Assembly: GCF_963921235.1 (NCBI RefSeq)
Contig: NC_086108.1
Location: 92,134,001 to 92,198,000, forward strand
Origin: Mobula hypostoma
Taxonomy: Eukaryota
Length of the DNA stretch: 64,000 nucleotides
Direction of reading: 5' to 3'
Position 1 is the first letter of the stretch. Each line of letters begins with the position of its first letter. Shown piece by piece: positions 34,880 through 47,125 of the stretch. The translations under genes were made by a program, and so were the position numbers. The notes beneath the pieces were generated by a model that did no database searches, had not been told where the DNA came from, and saw only the letters and a list, made by a program, of their open reading frames with translations.

Positions 34880-35990
34880 GAAGTCTCTGGGTTTGAGACT
34901 GGCTCTGTGGCTCAGAAGGGAAGGGGGGAAAGAAAAACTGTAATAAAGGGGGATTTGTTGGTTGGGGGGGACAGAAAGGAGCTTCTGTGGGCAAGAATGA
35001 GGTTCCCAGATGGTTTGTTGCGTCACAGGTGCCAGGGTCTGGGATATCTTTGGATCGAGTCCAGAGCACTTTAAAATGAAAGAGTGAGCTGCCAGAGGTA
35101 TTGGTCCACAATGGGTAGAAGGGGTGACAAGGTTCCTGCAAAGTGTGTTCAGGGAGTTAGGTGCTAAGTTAAAGGACAGGACCTCCAAGGTTGTGATATC
35201 AGGATTGCTTCCTGTACTACGTGCTGGTGTGGCCTGAAGTAAGAAGATCATACAGTTTAACATGTGGGTAAGGAAATGGTGCAGGAAGGAAAACTTCAGA
35301 TTTTTGGATCACTGGGCTCTCTTCCAGGGAAGGTGGGACCTGTACAGAAGGGATGGTTTGCACCTGAACAAGAAGGAGACTGATATCCTAGTGGTAAGAA
35401 TTTGCTTTGGGGGGAGGGGTGCTTAAACTAGAGTTGTAGGGGGATGGGAACCAGAGCACCAGAAGCTATAGTGGAATGGCTGTGAATAAATATGGTGCTA
35501 AGCCTGCATACAAAGTCAGGAGTCAAACGATCAAGCATGATCAATCTTCTGAGCTGCGTGTATTTCAAAGCAAGGAGCATTGTATTAAAGGTGGGTGAGT
35601 TTAGGGCATGGATCAACATGTGGAATGATGATATTTTAGTCATTTGTAAAATTTGGTTGCAGGAGGAGCAGGACTGGCAGCTCAGTGTTCTGAGATTCTG
35701 TTCTTTTACGTGTGATGGAGTGGGAGGGATTAACGGGACAGGGTGGCATTGCAAGTAAGGGGAAAAGTCACAGGAGTGCTCAGACAGGACAGACCAGAGA
35801 GCTTGGCTAGTGAGGCTTTATGAGTAGAACTGAGGAACGGGAAAGGTATGATCACGTTAACGGGACTTTTCTAGATCACTCAACAGTCTGTGGGATTTAG
35901 AGGAGCAAATTTGTAGAGGGATCACAGACTGTTGCAAGAAACATAGGGTTATTTTAACTTTCCACATATTGATTGGTCTTCCATACGATA
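34880..35990 (+). mobile_element. Degraded CR1 ORF1 (SGNH esterase) and start of ORF2
   Basis: GD..VG.TERSFCG..MVCCV.GARV; VVISGLLPV; DGLHLN; YF.ARSIV.KV. Confidence 0.75.
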
Positions 35991-36017
35991 AAAGGGAGAG
36001 ACAGGGAAGAGCTTCTC

Positions 36018-36900
36018 CATAAGATATAGGAGCAGAATTAGGCCATTTGGCCCATCGAGTCTGCTCCACTAGAATCATACTTCATGGCTGATCCTTTTTT
36101 CTCCTCCTCAGTGCCATTTCCCAACCCTCTCCCCATAACCTTTGATGCCGTGTCCAATCAAGAACCTATCAAGCTCTGCCTTAAATACACCCAATGACCT
36201 TGCCTCCACAGCTGCCGGTGGTAATAAATTCTAGAAATTCACCACCCTCTGGCTAAAGAAATTGCTCCACACCTCCATTTGAAATGGACGCCCCTCTATT
36301 CTGATGCCATGCATTCTCGTCCTAGACCCTCCGACCATGGAAAACTTCCTTTCTGCATCTATTCTGTCTAGACCTTTCAACACTTGAAAGGTTTCTATGA
36401 GGCCCCCCTCATCCTTCTAAATTCCAGCGAATACAGACCCAGAGCTATTTACAAGGATCTTGCTGGGACTTGAAGACCTGAATTATAGGGAAAGTTTGAA
36501 CGGTTAGGACTTCATTCCCTAGAACATAGAAGGTTGAGGGGAATTTTGGTAGAGATACAGTATACAAAATTATGAGAGGTATAGATAAGGTAAAGAGGAT
36601 GCGGTTTTTTTCCCCCACTGAGGTTGGATGAGACTATAACTAGAGGTTCATGGGTTAAGGGTGAAAGGTGAAATGTTTACAGGGAACATGAGGGGGACCT
36701 TCTTCATCCAGAGGGTGATAAGAGTGTGGAAAGAGCTGCCAGCACAGGGTCAACCTCAACATTTAAGAGAAATTTGGATAGGTACAAGGATGGCAAGGCT
36801 GTGGTCCTGACCCAGGTCGATGGGACTAAACACATTAACGGTTCGGCACAGACTGGATAGACTCTACAGCCTGTTTCTCTGCTGTAGTGTTCCACGGCTC
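36018..36900. mobile_element. Two opposed CR1 3' fragments (36018-36447 minus; 36448-36900 plus)
   Basis: CR1 3' UTR motifs at both outer ends. Confidence 0.7.
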
Positions 36901-36962
36901 CAAACTGAGACACGCTTGCTTCAGTACTTTTCCCCACGTGCAGACACTGGAACCCAACTCAC

Positions 36963-37209
36963 ATGTCCACTCTGGCCATGCTTGCAGAGCTCATGGCTAC
37001 ATCTTTTTTGCAAGCTGCTCAGGAGGGAGGTACATTCTCCATAGGAAGGAGAGGGGTAGTGAGGGAGAAGATCAAACAGTGTTAATGAGTGCAAATGATT
37101 AAGTCGGTCCTGCCCGTTCTGGTCCTGTGCTAAAACTGGGTGACTGCCATGGCCATCAATGGGGTCGCTGAGTAGAATATCTGGGGCAATCTTTGCCTGA
37201 CTTGCCTTA
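36963..37209 (-). CDS. Internal coding exon (247 nt, phase 2 to 0) of an unidentified - strand gene
   Basis: aatttttgcAG ... CAT/GTGAGT; the only open frame is KASQAKIAPDILLSDPIDG...LHSLTLFDLLPHYPSPSYGECTSLLSSLQKRCSHELCKHGQSGH; unique sequence. Confidence 0.7.
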
Positions 37210-37408
37210 CTGCAAAAATTGCAACATACCAAAATAAACATGGGGTAGTCAGTGTCAATGAAAACAATACCTCAGAAAGCATTCTTTAAAGCATTTACAG
37301 TGTATTTCCCAAGGTGTGCAATTCATTTTTATTTGTGAATAAAAAATGACAGTTATAATATTTTGATCTAATTACCATCACCAAGTCAGAAATGTATGCT
37401 ATACATAT

Positions 37409-38442
37409 AACACCCTTGTTAAGATTCTGACTGCTAGGCTGTAGGTGTTTCATTTTAGCAGTTCTGTAAGAGCAGTCTGTTCTGCTTTCTGCTTGTTTAG
37501 GTTTGAGTAGAGATAAGGAGCTTTGTTGTTCAGCTTCAGAATGTGGTGTCAGTCAAATCAGGGTGGTAGAATTGGGAGAATGTTCTAGAGAGCGCTGGGC
37601 AGAGTTGTCTTTGTTGGCTGGAGCTGGGAGAAGACAGGAGGGAAGACGGCTGAGGACGCCGGCCCTGTTGCACAGGGTGCTTTGTGCAAATAAATGGCTT
37701 CAAGGAGGAAGGACCGATACTCCTGTGGGAGAGCCCATTTCTCTGAGAGGGATTTCGAGCGACATTTGGAAGGTGTAGTGTATACATCGAAAACAACGGC
37801 TTCTGGAGGATTTGTGCTCCACCGTGCACATGTGACATGTGAAGTATAATGGGCCCTTTTTGTTTCTTCTCTTCCTTTAATAACTGGTTGCTCAAGTTAA
37901 CATTCTTGAATACACACACACTCATACCCATTAGTCTCGTGAGACCATGGATTTGTGCCTTGGAAGGTCTCCAGGGCGCAGGCCTGGGCAAGGTTCTACG
38001 GAAGACCAGCAGTTGCTCCATACCACCGATGTTGTCCAAGGGAAGGGTATTAGGACCCATACAACTTGGCACCGGTGTTGTTGCAGAGCAATGTGTGGTT
38101 AAGTGCCTTGCTCAAGGACACAACACACTGCCTCAGCCAAGGCTCGAACTAGCGACCTCCAGATCGCTAGACAAACGCCTTAACCACTTGGCCACTCGCC
38201 AACATTGTATGCAGTGTTTGACCTGTTATTTCTTGTCGGGGCAGTGAATCACACAGCATTCACACAAACTGGCGTTTGGGTGGGGGTCAGAAGTCACAAT
38301 CTCACAGATTTGGCGGGACCAAAGTCATATACACCCTAGACGTACAAAGCCGGAGAAAGGTGGGTTTCTCAACAATGAGTCCAGTGGCTCCAGTGAGAGT
38401 CTAATGAGGCGATTTTAGAGACGCCGGGGTGGGGGGGGGTTC
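37409..38442 (+). mobile_element. Probable solo LTR containing a SINE
   Basis: Non-coding, flanked by ATACATAT at 37401-37408 and 38443-38450; alternative TGTTAAGA/TCTCAACA termini at 37417 and 38374. Confidence 0.5.
37913..38204 (-). mobile_element. tRNA-derived CORE-type SINE
   Basis: A box TGGCCAAGTGG, B box GTTCGAGCC (38141-38149), CORE-like TCCTTGAGCAAGGCACTTAACC, (GT)n tail. Confidence 0.8.
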
Positions 38443-41400
38443 ATACATATTGACAACAAAATGGAACAATGAAATCACAACAGTGTAGGGGTGAACTGCT
38501 GTAGGAACTTAAGCTTCGCCGTGCTCGGTATCTGGGTTCAGTCCAGACCTTGCATGCTGTTGTGTGGGGCTTAAGTGCCTCTCTGTGACTATGTGGAATT
38601 CCTTCAGCTGCACTAGTTTATTCCAACGTTCACTTTGTAACTTGTGCCACAGGAATGTTGACTTGAATCACATTTAAAGCTGCAACTAGGTTAATTGGTC
38701 AGTGTAAATTAACAAGTGTACACGAGTGGCAGAATCTGGGTGGGAGAAGGTGGGTAGTTGACAGGAGTGTTAAGAGATTTTAAAACAAAAACGAGATTAA
38801 TGTAAGTGAGCGGTTGCTGCTTCATATAGACTTGGCAGACCAAAAGGGGCTGATTCCAGGAACTAACATGAGCTGCCAGGTCAAACTTCCTCATCGTCAG
38901 CACTTCCAACAAAAATGGAATCATTCACTTTAGAAATGCATGACATCCATTGTAAAAGCAGAGGTTTGATTTAATCGAATTTTGAGACCACCATAGGTGA
39001 GGCTAGATAACAACACATAAAGCCATCAAGTTATGATGAGTATCCAACAGCATCCCAAGAGATTTATCCTCGAATTTTCCATGCTCCTTGACTAAGTTAT
39101 CTCCCAGATTACGTGAAGGTCGGGGTAAGAGCAAAGAATGAACAGCTACCATTCTAGTCTTACAGCACTATGCACCATACACCTGCACACACTTCTGTCA
39201 GGCTGGCAATGCGGTTATTTACATACACTCATTAAAGATGATGTATTGTCTCTATTAGACGCTGCACATTCTGGAATGAGCAAATATCAACTGATATGTG
39301 GGTGGTATCAGCATGAAGGAGTGAGGTGTTTTTAACAGTCATTAGCATTTTGCTTGTAAGTATTCTGTGAACACTGCTTACACAGAAGGACTGTGTTGAT
39401 GCTGTGGACACAACTATCACAGGATTATATTTCAAAAAGGCCAGAAAACATCATAAATATGATAAGTGTATAAAAATAAGTTTGCATATGCCTAAAGGCC
39501 ATTCTGCCCCTTGTAGGTAATAGTATCTGAAATAGTTATGGTGCAAATGATCCTGCTACAACCTTTCGTTTTCTTTCACACAATGTCTCACCGCTGACAG
39601 CTTCTCATGTTTGGTGAGCTTCAGGATTATGAAACCAAAGTCTAATTTGTAACAAGGTGGCAAAGAGATATTTTTTACTTGCATTGAAGTTGTTGTATCT
39701 GTGCTTGAATAAAATCCTTCAAAAGTACAGCACGCCACTCTGTTAGAAGTCTTCCAAAAACAACAATGGTAATTATTTCACACGGACATAATCAAACCAA
39801 TAACAATGTCATAAATATCCACAGAGCTACACAGCTCCAGTCACATATGTTCTTATTAAGTACATACTTCATGCTAAATGAAGGTTAGCATCATCCATTA
39901 TTACACAGGTCACAGGTGAATTTATCATTACCCGTAAACCAACTTGATAGCTCCCAGAAAGCCCTTAAAGACTCCAGAGTGACCATGGCAGGTAGCTTTT
40001 AATGAACAGCTTTACAAATGGGAGCATCTGAAGGGAAGCCTGCTGGAGAGAGTCTGATGACAATTCTGGCTTGGCCCTATAATTACTGAAAATGCGACCA
40101 ATGTCTCTGCAGATTTCAGAGGTGGCAGTCACCAGCAGGACATATTTTTATGGTCTACAAAAAAAAATGAAAGAGTCAAAAGAGAGATTATTTATTATGC
40201 CGCAGACATCGACAGCTCAACAAAATAATCATGAATTGGTCGTTACTGTAGTTGCAGCTTTAAATGTGATTCAAGTCAACATTCCTGTGGCACAAGTTAC
40301 AAAGTGAACAAAGACACATTAACATTCAACTGGCCTACAATTACAATGCTGAAAATCAGAATACTCCAACTTTCACAGCCAGGGTTCTTTTTAAACAGCA
40401 ATATTTTTGATAAAATTAGTAGTAACAAATCAAGTATGAATATAATGTGTATTTTAACAATGATCAGAAAACCAAGAGGTTATTCACTTCCCAGCTTAGA
40501 AGAGATTCTGCAGATACTGGAAATCTTGAGGAACACACGTAAAGTGCTGGGGTACTCAACAAGTCAGAGAGCACCTCAAGTTCAAATTCAAACTCATGTT
40601 TATGTATATTGTCATCGAATCATACACATGTATACAGCTAATCGAAATAACATTCTTCAGGGAGCAGGGTGCAAAACACATACATACAGCACAAAATAAT
40701 ATTAACATGATAGTATTAACAGATAATAAAATATATTCTGTAGTTGTACAAGTTGACATAAAGTGCATAAATGACATATGGTTCAATTTACAACAGTATA
40801 ATGTTACTGGTGCTGTCATAAATAAGGTGTACTGGGTAGCAGGGAGTTTAGAAGTCTCACAGAAGTCTCAGGTGAAGATGTTAACTGGTTATGCTTCTCC
40901 ATAATGCTGCCTGACCCGCTGAATTCCTCCAACACTTTGTTTGTGTTAGAAGAAACATGTGTTATTTGGTAGAACAGCAAGAATATGCATTCACATGGCA
41001 TCTTTCATGCTCCAGAAGCTATCTTACATCCTTAAAGAACCTACACATATCAGTATTTATCAGTTTGAACAATGTTGGTTAAGAGATAAATATTGGAAGA
41101 GCTCCCTCTACCTTAAATAATGTTGTGACACTTGAGAGAATACACCTGGATCTCTAGAAAATCAGAAATGATCATGGTTTGGGAGTTGCCCAGTGAAAAT
41201 GAAAGATACTCTTCATTCAGCAAGCTAGACATTTGAACATGTATGTTATTGCTGGAATACAGGTGGTTCAAACCTTGCAAACAATTTTTAGGCAATCAAA
41301 CCTTTGTCGCACAATATGAGAGGAAGCATGTAATCTAGTGGTCTGTGACTGTAGGCTACTTGAGTTGCTGTTCACAAGATCAAGTAACAAACAAAGCCAC

Positions 41401-41539
41401 CGGCCAAACATTTTAACTGAAGGAGTTAACATGCAACTCACAGCAATGGCTAGCAGCTGAACAGAGAATCATAGTTCAATGTTCAAAGTAAGTTTATTAT
41501 CAATGTATGTACAGTATATGTTCAAAATAGAAGTATCAG

Positions 41540-42280
41540 ACGAGGCATTTATGTATATATACTTGCCCCTCACATCTCCTTTGAAATTACTCCCTTTCCA
41601 TCTTAAATGCATGCCCACTGGTATTAGGCATTTCAACCCTGAGAAAAAGATGCTGTCTATCAATTCCATCTATGTCTCTCATAATCTTATAAACCTCTAA
41701 CGGATCTTTCCTCAGCTTCCACCGCTCCAGAGAAAAAACTCCAAGTTTATCCAACTGTTAATTATAGCACATGCCCTCTAATCCAGGCAACATCCTGGTA
41801 AACCTCTTCTGTACCCTCTTCAAAGCCTTGACATCCTTCCCATAATGGGATGACCAGAACTGTCCAGATGTGGACTAACCAGAGTTTTATAAAGCTGCAC
41901 CACAACTTCCTGACTTTTGAACTTATTGCCTCGACTAATAAAGACAAGCATGCCTCATTCCTTCTTAACCAACCTGTCAAACTGTGTAGCCACTTGCAGT
42001 GAGCTATAAATTTGAAACCCAGGATCCCTCCCCTCATCAACACTGTCAAGGGTCTCGCCCCTAATTATGTACTCTCTCTTTATGTTGGACTTACCAAGGT
42101 GCAACATTTCACATTTGCCTGGGTTAAACTCCACCTGTCATTTCTCTGCCCATCTCTGCAATTGACCCATATCCCACTGTATTCTTTGCCAGTCATCTAT
42201 GCTGTCTATAACATCAATAATTTTCAAACTTCTGCAAACTTACTAAACCACCCATTTACAATTTCATACAGGTCATGATG
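41540..42280 (-). mobile_element. Degraded CR1 RT fragment
   Basis: ..RFTRMLPGL.. and DSIFFSG..FKGDVRGK remnants. Confidence 0.75.
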
Positions 42281-42935
42281 GATATAAGTACTACTGGATG
42301 ATAGTCACCGAGGCAGGTTATCCGATCTTCTTGGGCACTCGTATGATTGATGCCTGCATGAAGTGGTGAGTACCTCAGTCTGCTGAAGTGAGGGGTTGAA
42401 GATATCTGCAAACATTCCTGCCAGTTGTTTACCACAGGCCTTCAGTATTTGGCCAGGCATTCCATCTGGACCAAATGCTTTCCATAGATTCACCCACCTG
42501 AAGTATACTCTCATGTCAGCATTAGAGACGGAAATCATAGGGTCATTGGGGGCTGTGAGAGTTCATGAAGGTGCCTCCATGTTCAATTGATCAAACTGAG
42601 CATAAAAGGCATTGAGCTTATACGGGACCAAAACTTCATCACCATTTTTGTTGTTTGGTTTTGTTTGTAGCAGATGATGGCAATAAAGCCCTGCCAGAGT
42701 TGTCAAGCATCCTTCTGTGATTCAAGTTTAGTCCGTACTTTTTACTTTGCACGTGAGATGGCCTTCCAGAGGTCATGCCTGGATCTCTTGTTTTTTCCTT
42801 GGATCGCCAGTCCTAAAAGCTACCTATATAGCAGCAGCCTATACAATGTCATTGTGAACCTCTTAATTCATCAAGGGCTTCTGATGGGAAACCTCAATGA
42901 TTTTGTGGGGCACACTCACCACAGGTGTCTTTAAG
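42280..42935 (-). mobile_element. Degraded Rex1/Babar LINE fragment
   Basis: [29 protein letters not shown]. Confidence 0.75.
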
Positions 42936-43261
42936 AAGTTCATTCTTTCGTTCATACCATATGGTTAACATAAATTTTATATTACAGTCACAGTAATATA
43001 TACTGCGACATCCCTGATTACTCAGAGGTTCTGATTTAGGCACCACCAGTCATTTTTCCCAAGTTCTAGAAAACCTAGCATCAAATGATGTGCAAATCTA
43101 ATCTCATGGGATCTGGTTCAACAGAAAGGAAAATGCAAGAACATCTCTATCTGCAATCTGGGGTTATTATATGCAACACATAATTGTGATCTGAGTCTTG
43201 GTTCCACTTGTGGAAATCCCTGAGCTCCAACCCATTGGATGGTGCCAAAATAGGCAATGTC

Positions 43262-43802
43262 TTGGTGGCACTTCATTAGGTACATCTTTATACCTGCTCA
43301 TTAATGTGGATTTCTAATCACCCAATCATGTGGCAGCAACTCAATGCATAAAAGCATGCAGACATAGTCAAGAGGTCCAGCTGTTGTTCAGATCAAACAA
43401 CAGAATGGGGAAGAAATGTGATCTAAGTGACTTTGGAATGACTGTTAGTGCCAGACTGGGTGGTTTGAGTATCTCAGAAACTGCTGATCTCCTGGGATTT
43501 TCGTGCACAGCAGTCTCTCGAGTTTACAGAGAATGGTGTCAAAAGTTAAAAAAAAAAAAAAAAAATTCCTTGAGGAGCAATTCTGTGGGTGAAAATGCCT
43601 TGGTAATGAGAGGTCAGAGGAGAATGGCCAGACTGCTTCAAGCTGACAGGAAGGGGACAGCAATTCAAATAATTATGTGTTACAACAGTCCTGTGCAGAA
43701 GAGCATCCCTGAATGTACAACACACTGAACCTTGAAGTGGATGGGCTACAGCAGCAGAAGACCATGAACAGGAGATACCCAATAAAGTGGCCAATAAGTA
43801 TA
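43262..43802 (+). mobile_element. Internally deleted Tc1-like element
   Basis: HTH MGKKCDLSDF..GLSISETADLLGFS..VSRVYREW; TIR-like gtggcacttcattaggtac / cccaataaagtggcca. Confidence 0.8.
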
Positions 43803-44552
43803 TGTGATCACTCCAATTCATCAAGAGTGCTGCTGGAGCTGAGGGGCTTCATCACTAAGAGTTCTATTATTTCATAATTATATTCAAGTTCATTTAAAGT
43901 TCTAAGCACTCACTTTGCAAGGATATTCTTCCTGTGTTATACAGGCACATGATGAAGCCAACATTGAAATCCTATATTCATTACAGGTAGAGATATACAA
44001 TCGATTGCATATCTGTTGTGGAGCCCAGAAAGCAGAAATATTACAGCCAAAGCTTCTCCAGACAAGGCAGCCTTTCCTCTGAGCCTATGACCAATGCCCA
44101 GAAACAACATAATATCAAAGCAGGCATACTAACCACTATCTACAGATGCACTGGGGAAACAAATGCACAGAACAATATATTTTCTTTCATTGGCTGAAGG
44201 ATGAAGAATCCAAAGTCCCACTTAAGTTTAACACAAGCCTGCCATCCCTGGTGCCCAAACACTTTAGTCTGAAGAGCTAAGTTTGGCTCAATAATACTGT
44301 AAGGATCAGAAACAGGTTTATTATCACTGGCTGATATGACGTGATATTTGTTTTTTTTTTCTTTACAGCAGAAAAGATAGAAATTTATAACAAATTACAG
44401 ATAAATAAATAGTGCAAAAAGGAATGATGAGGTTGTTCATGGGTTCATGGACCTTTCAGGGATCTGATGCCAGAGGGGAAGAAACTGTTCCTGAAGCATT
44501 GAACATGGGTTCTCAGGCTCCTGTGCCTCCTCCTCGGTAGTAGTAATAAGAG

Positions 44553-45278
44553 CAACACTCACAACACGCTGGAGGAACTCAGCAGGTCGGGCAGCATCCG
44601 TGGAAAAAGATCGGTCGATGTTTCGGGCCGGAACCCTTCATCAGGACTGAAGAGGGAAGGGGCAGAGGCCCTATAAAGAAGGTGGGGGGAGAGTGGGAAG
44701 GAGAAGGCTGGTAGGTTCCAGGTGAAAAACCAGTAAGGGGAAAGATAAAGGGGAGGGGGAAGGGAGGCAGGGAGGTGATAGGCAGGAAAGGTGAAGAAAG
44801 AATAGGGGAAAACACAATGGGTAGTAGAAGGAGGCGGAACCAAGAGGGAGGTGGTAGGCAGCTAGGGGAGGGGGCAGAGTGACATAGGGATCGGGGAAGG
44901 GGAGGGAATTACCGAAAGTTGGACAATTCTCTGTTCATACCAAGGGGTTGGAGGCCACCTAGACGGTATATGAGGTGTTGCTCCTCCAACCTGAGTTTAG
45001 CCTCATCATGGCAATAGAGGAGGCCATGTATGGACATATCTGAATGGGAGTGGGAAGCAGAGTTGAAGTGGGTGGCTACTGGGAGATCCTTTCTGTTTTG
45101 GCAGACGGAGCAGAGGTACTTGACGAAGCGGTCCCCCAATCTGCGTTGGGTTTCACTGATGTAGAGGAGGCCACACCGGGAGCACTGGATGCAATAGATG
45201 ACCCCAACAGACTCACAAGTGAAGTGTTGCCTCACTTGGAAGCACTGTCTGGGGCCCTGAATGGTGTAATAATAATGA
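44553..45278 (-). mobile_element. Penelope-like retroelement 3' fragment (GIY-YIG endonuclease and tail), inserted in a Rex1 fragment
   Basis: ORF 44909-45295 VIYCIQCSRCGLLYISET..LGDRF..LPVATHFN; 12-bp TSD TAGTAATAAGAG at 44541-44552 and 45279-45290. Confidence 0.9.
44611..44650 (-). ncRNA. Minimal type I hammerhead ribozyme motif
   Basis: UCAGUC-CUGAUGA-A-GGGU(UCCG)GCCC-GAAA-CAUC-GACCGA. Confidence 0.75.
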
Positions 45279-45629
45279 TAGTAATAAGAGGGCATGTCCT
45301 GGACAGTGAGGGTCCTTAGTGATAGATGCAGGAGAAATTGTAAATACTTGAGCAGTGTACCTTAAAGAGCTTTACAAGTAATAGGTTACCTTCAAGTTCT
45401 AGCCACAATTAGTTTACGAACAAAATCCTACAATGGACTCACAGAGTGCAAATCAGTTAAAAATTCCAAACCATTCCTTTAATTGGTTTATTTTCCACAC
45501 CTGTGACTACCATGTCCCTGGCCAAAATCACGTTGATATAGTTGATCAGCCTTTTATATTAAATGCTTCAATTTAAGTAGGCAAGGAAACACTTGAAATC
45601 AAAAATTGGTTTATGTTAATTGAAACATA

Positions 45630-45975
45630 CTTTCTTTCTTTGTTATCTGCCGCATTGTACGGTCTTTCTGTGACCATGCTTGTTCCTGGCAGATTATTCT
45701 ACAGAAGTGGTTAACCACTGCCTTCTTCTGTACAGTGTCTTTACAAGACTGGTGACCCTCGCCATTACCTGTACTCTTCAGAGATTGTCTGCCTGGCATC
45801 AGTGGTCGCATAGCCAAGACTTGTGATATGCACCAACTGCTCAAGCGACCTTCCACAACCTGCTCCCATGGCTTCACATGCCCCTGACTGAGAGGTTGCA
45901 CCTTGCCCAAGGGTAACCTGCCGGCTAGCGTAGGAAAGGAGTGCCTTACACCTCTTTTGGTAGAGGGATATCTCC
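45630..45975 (-). mobile_element. Non-autonomous RTE-associated short retroposon
   Basis: Contains GAAGGCAGTGGTTAACCACTTCTGTA..TGCCAGG, resembling the RTE/Bov-A-type motif GAAGGCAATGGCAACCCACTCCAGTA. Confidence 0.55.
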
Positions 45976-46564
45976 TCTATGCAGGTAGACATCAGTAATC
46001 TAAGAAGGAAGCTTGTTATCTTCTCAAATGCTAATTAGAAATATAACAAATAGCAACAGGAACAGACCATTCAGCCCTTCGAGACTGTTACACCATTCAG
46101 TATAATCATGTAACCTGTTCTTGCTTTGTCCACGTAAATCTTTATCTCTTTAATCATGTGGACTATTTCCAACACCTTCATGAAAATATTAAATGATCTG
46201 GCTCTGTCTGCCTAATTTGAGAGAGAATTCCATGTCTACCACCTTTATGGGTGAAAAACTGTTGCCTTATCCAGTTCATAATGGCCAGGTTCTGGCCTTC
46301 TCTGCCATCAGGAATATCTTCTAACCCATCTCTGCTTGTTTCAGTCCTATTTCAATGAGAAGGAGAATAAAAATAGGCACTACATTCTGGCTATGTCATT
46401 AAAACTCACATCTTATCTATGAATTTAAAAAAAAACTAACTCATAGCAGATAAGAATTATCCCACTGAGAACATGTTGATGAATGTCCATGGAGAAAGGC
46501 CATCATTCAGGAAGAAAAGCTTACAAACCAACGGTATGAACATTGTATTTCCCAATTTCAGGTA

Positions 46565-47125
46565 AGGTGGGGGAGGAAGAAGTACGTGATAGGTGAAACT
46601 GGGACGGGGGGGGGGATGAAGTAAAGAGCTAGGAAGTCGATTGGTGAAAGAGAAAGTGACAAGGCTGTGGTAGTGGATCTGAATAAGCACATAGCCGAAG
46701 AGTCAGAGAGGAGCAGAGATCACAGAGGGGCAGCAGTGACAGACAGTCTCACTGAGCTCCTGTCGAAGGGAAGATTTTAACTTCTTCAGTGTAGGCATCT
46801 CTGGAAGAGGCTTTGCAGTGTGGTAGTCATATATTTCCGACACTTTGAACATGTGCTTACCCAGACCCACTATCACAACTAGTCCCTTTATCTCTTTTAC
46901 CAATCGACTTCCCAGCTCTTTACTTCACCCCTCCTTTCTTCCAGTTTCACCTGTCACCCTACTACTTTGTACCTTTTCCTCTCCTCCCTCCACCTTCTTA
47001 CTCTGACTTCTCATCTCTTTTTTCCAGTCCTGAAGAATGGTCTCAGCCCGAAACGTCAACTGTTTACTCTTTTCCAGAGATGCTGCCTGGCCTGCTGAGT
47101 TCCTCCGAAAATGTGTGTGTAACAC
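46565..47125. mobile_element. Penelope-like fragments in inverted arrangement
   Basis: 46565-46830 minus (UTR plus MPTLKKL..ETVCHCCPSVIS ORF-start-like segment); 46880-47125 plus tail. Confidence 0.65.
47025..47062 (+). ncRNA. Minimal type I hammerhead ribozyme motif
   Basis: CAGUC-CUGAAGA-A-UGGU(CUCA)GCCC-GAAA-CGUC-AACUG. Confidence 0.65.

Noticed and set aside
36963..37209. Naming the - strand gene (e.g. OCA2 or TMEM184C from the ExTxLL motif)
   Set aside because: Resemblance is limited to a short dileucine motif; neighbouring exons do not match what I recall of those proteins.
38130..38204. Possible tRNA gene
   Set aside because: A/B boxes run into a CORE-like body and tail, so this is a SINE head; the same applies at 59142 and 7085.
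44650..44910. G-rich tracts as regulatory G-quadruplex or triplex elements (also 8180-8450 and 63020-63270)
   Set aside because: They are the ordinary purine-skewed UTR of the Penelope family.
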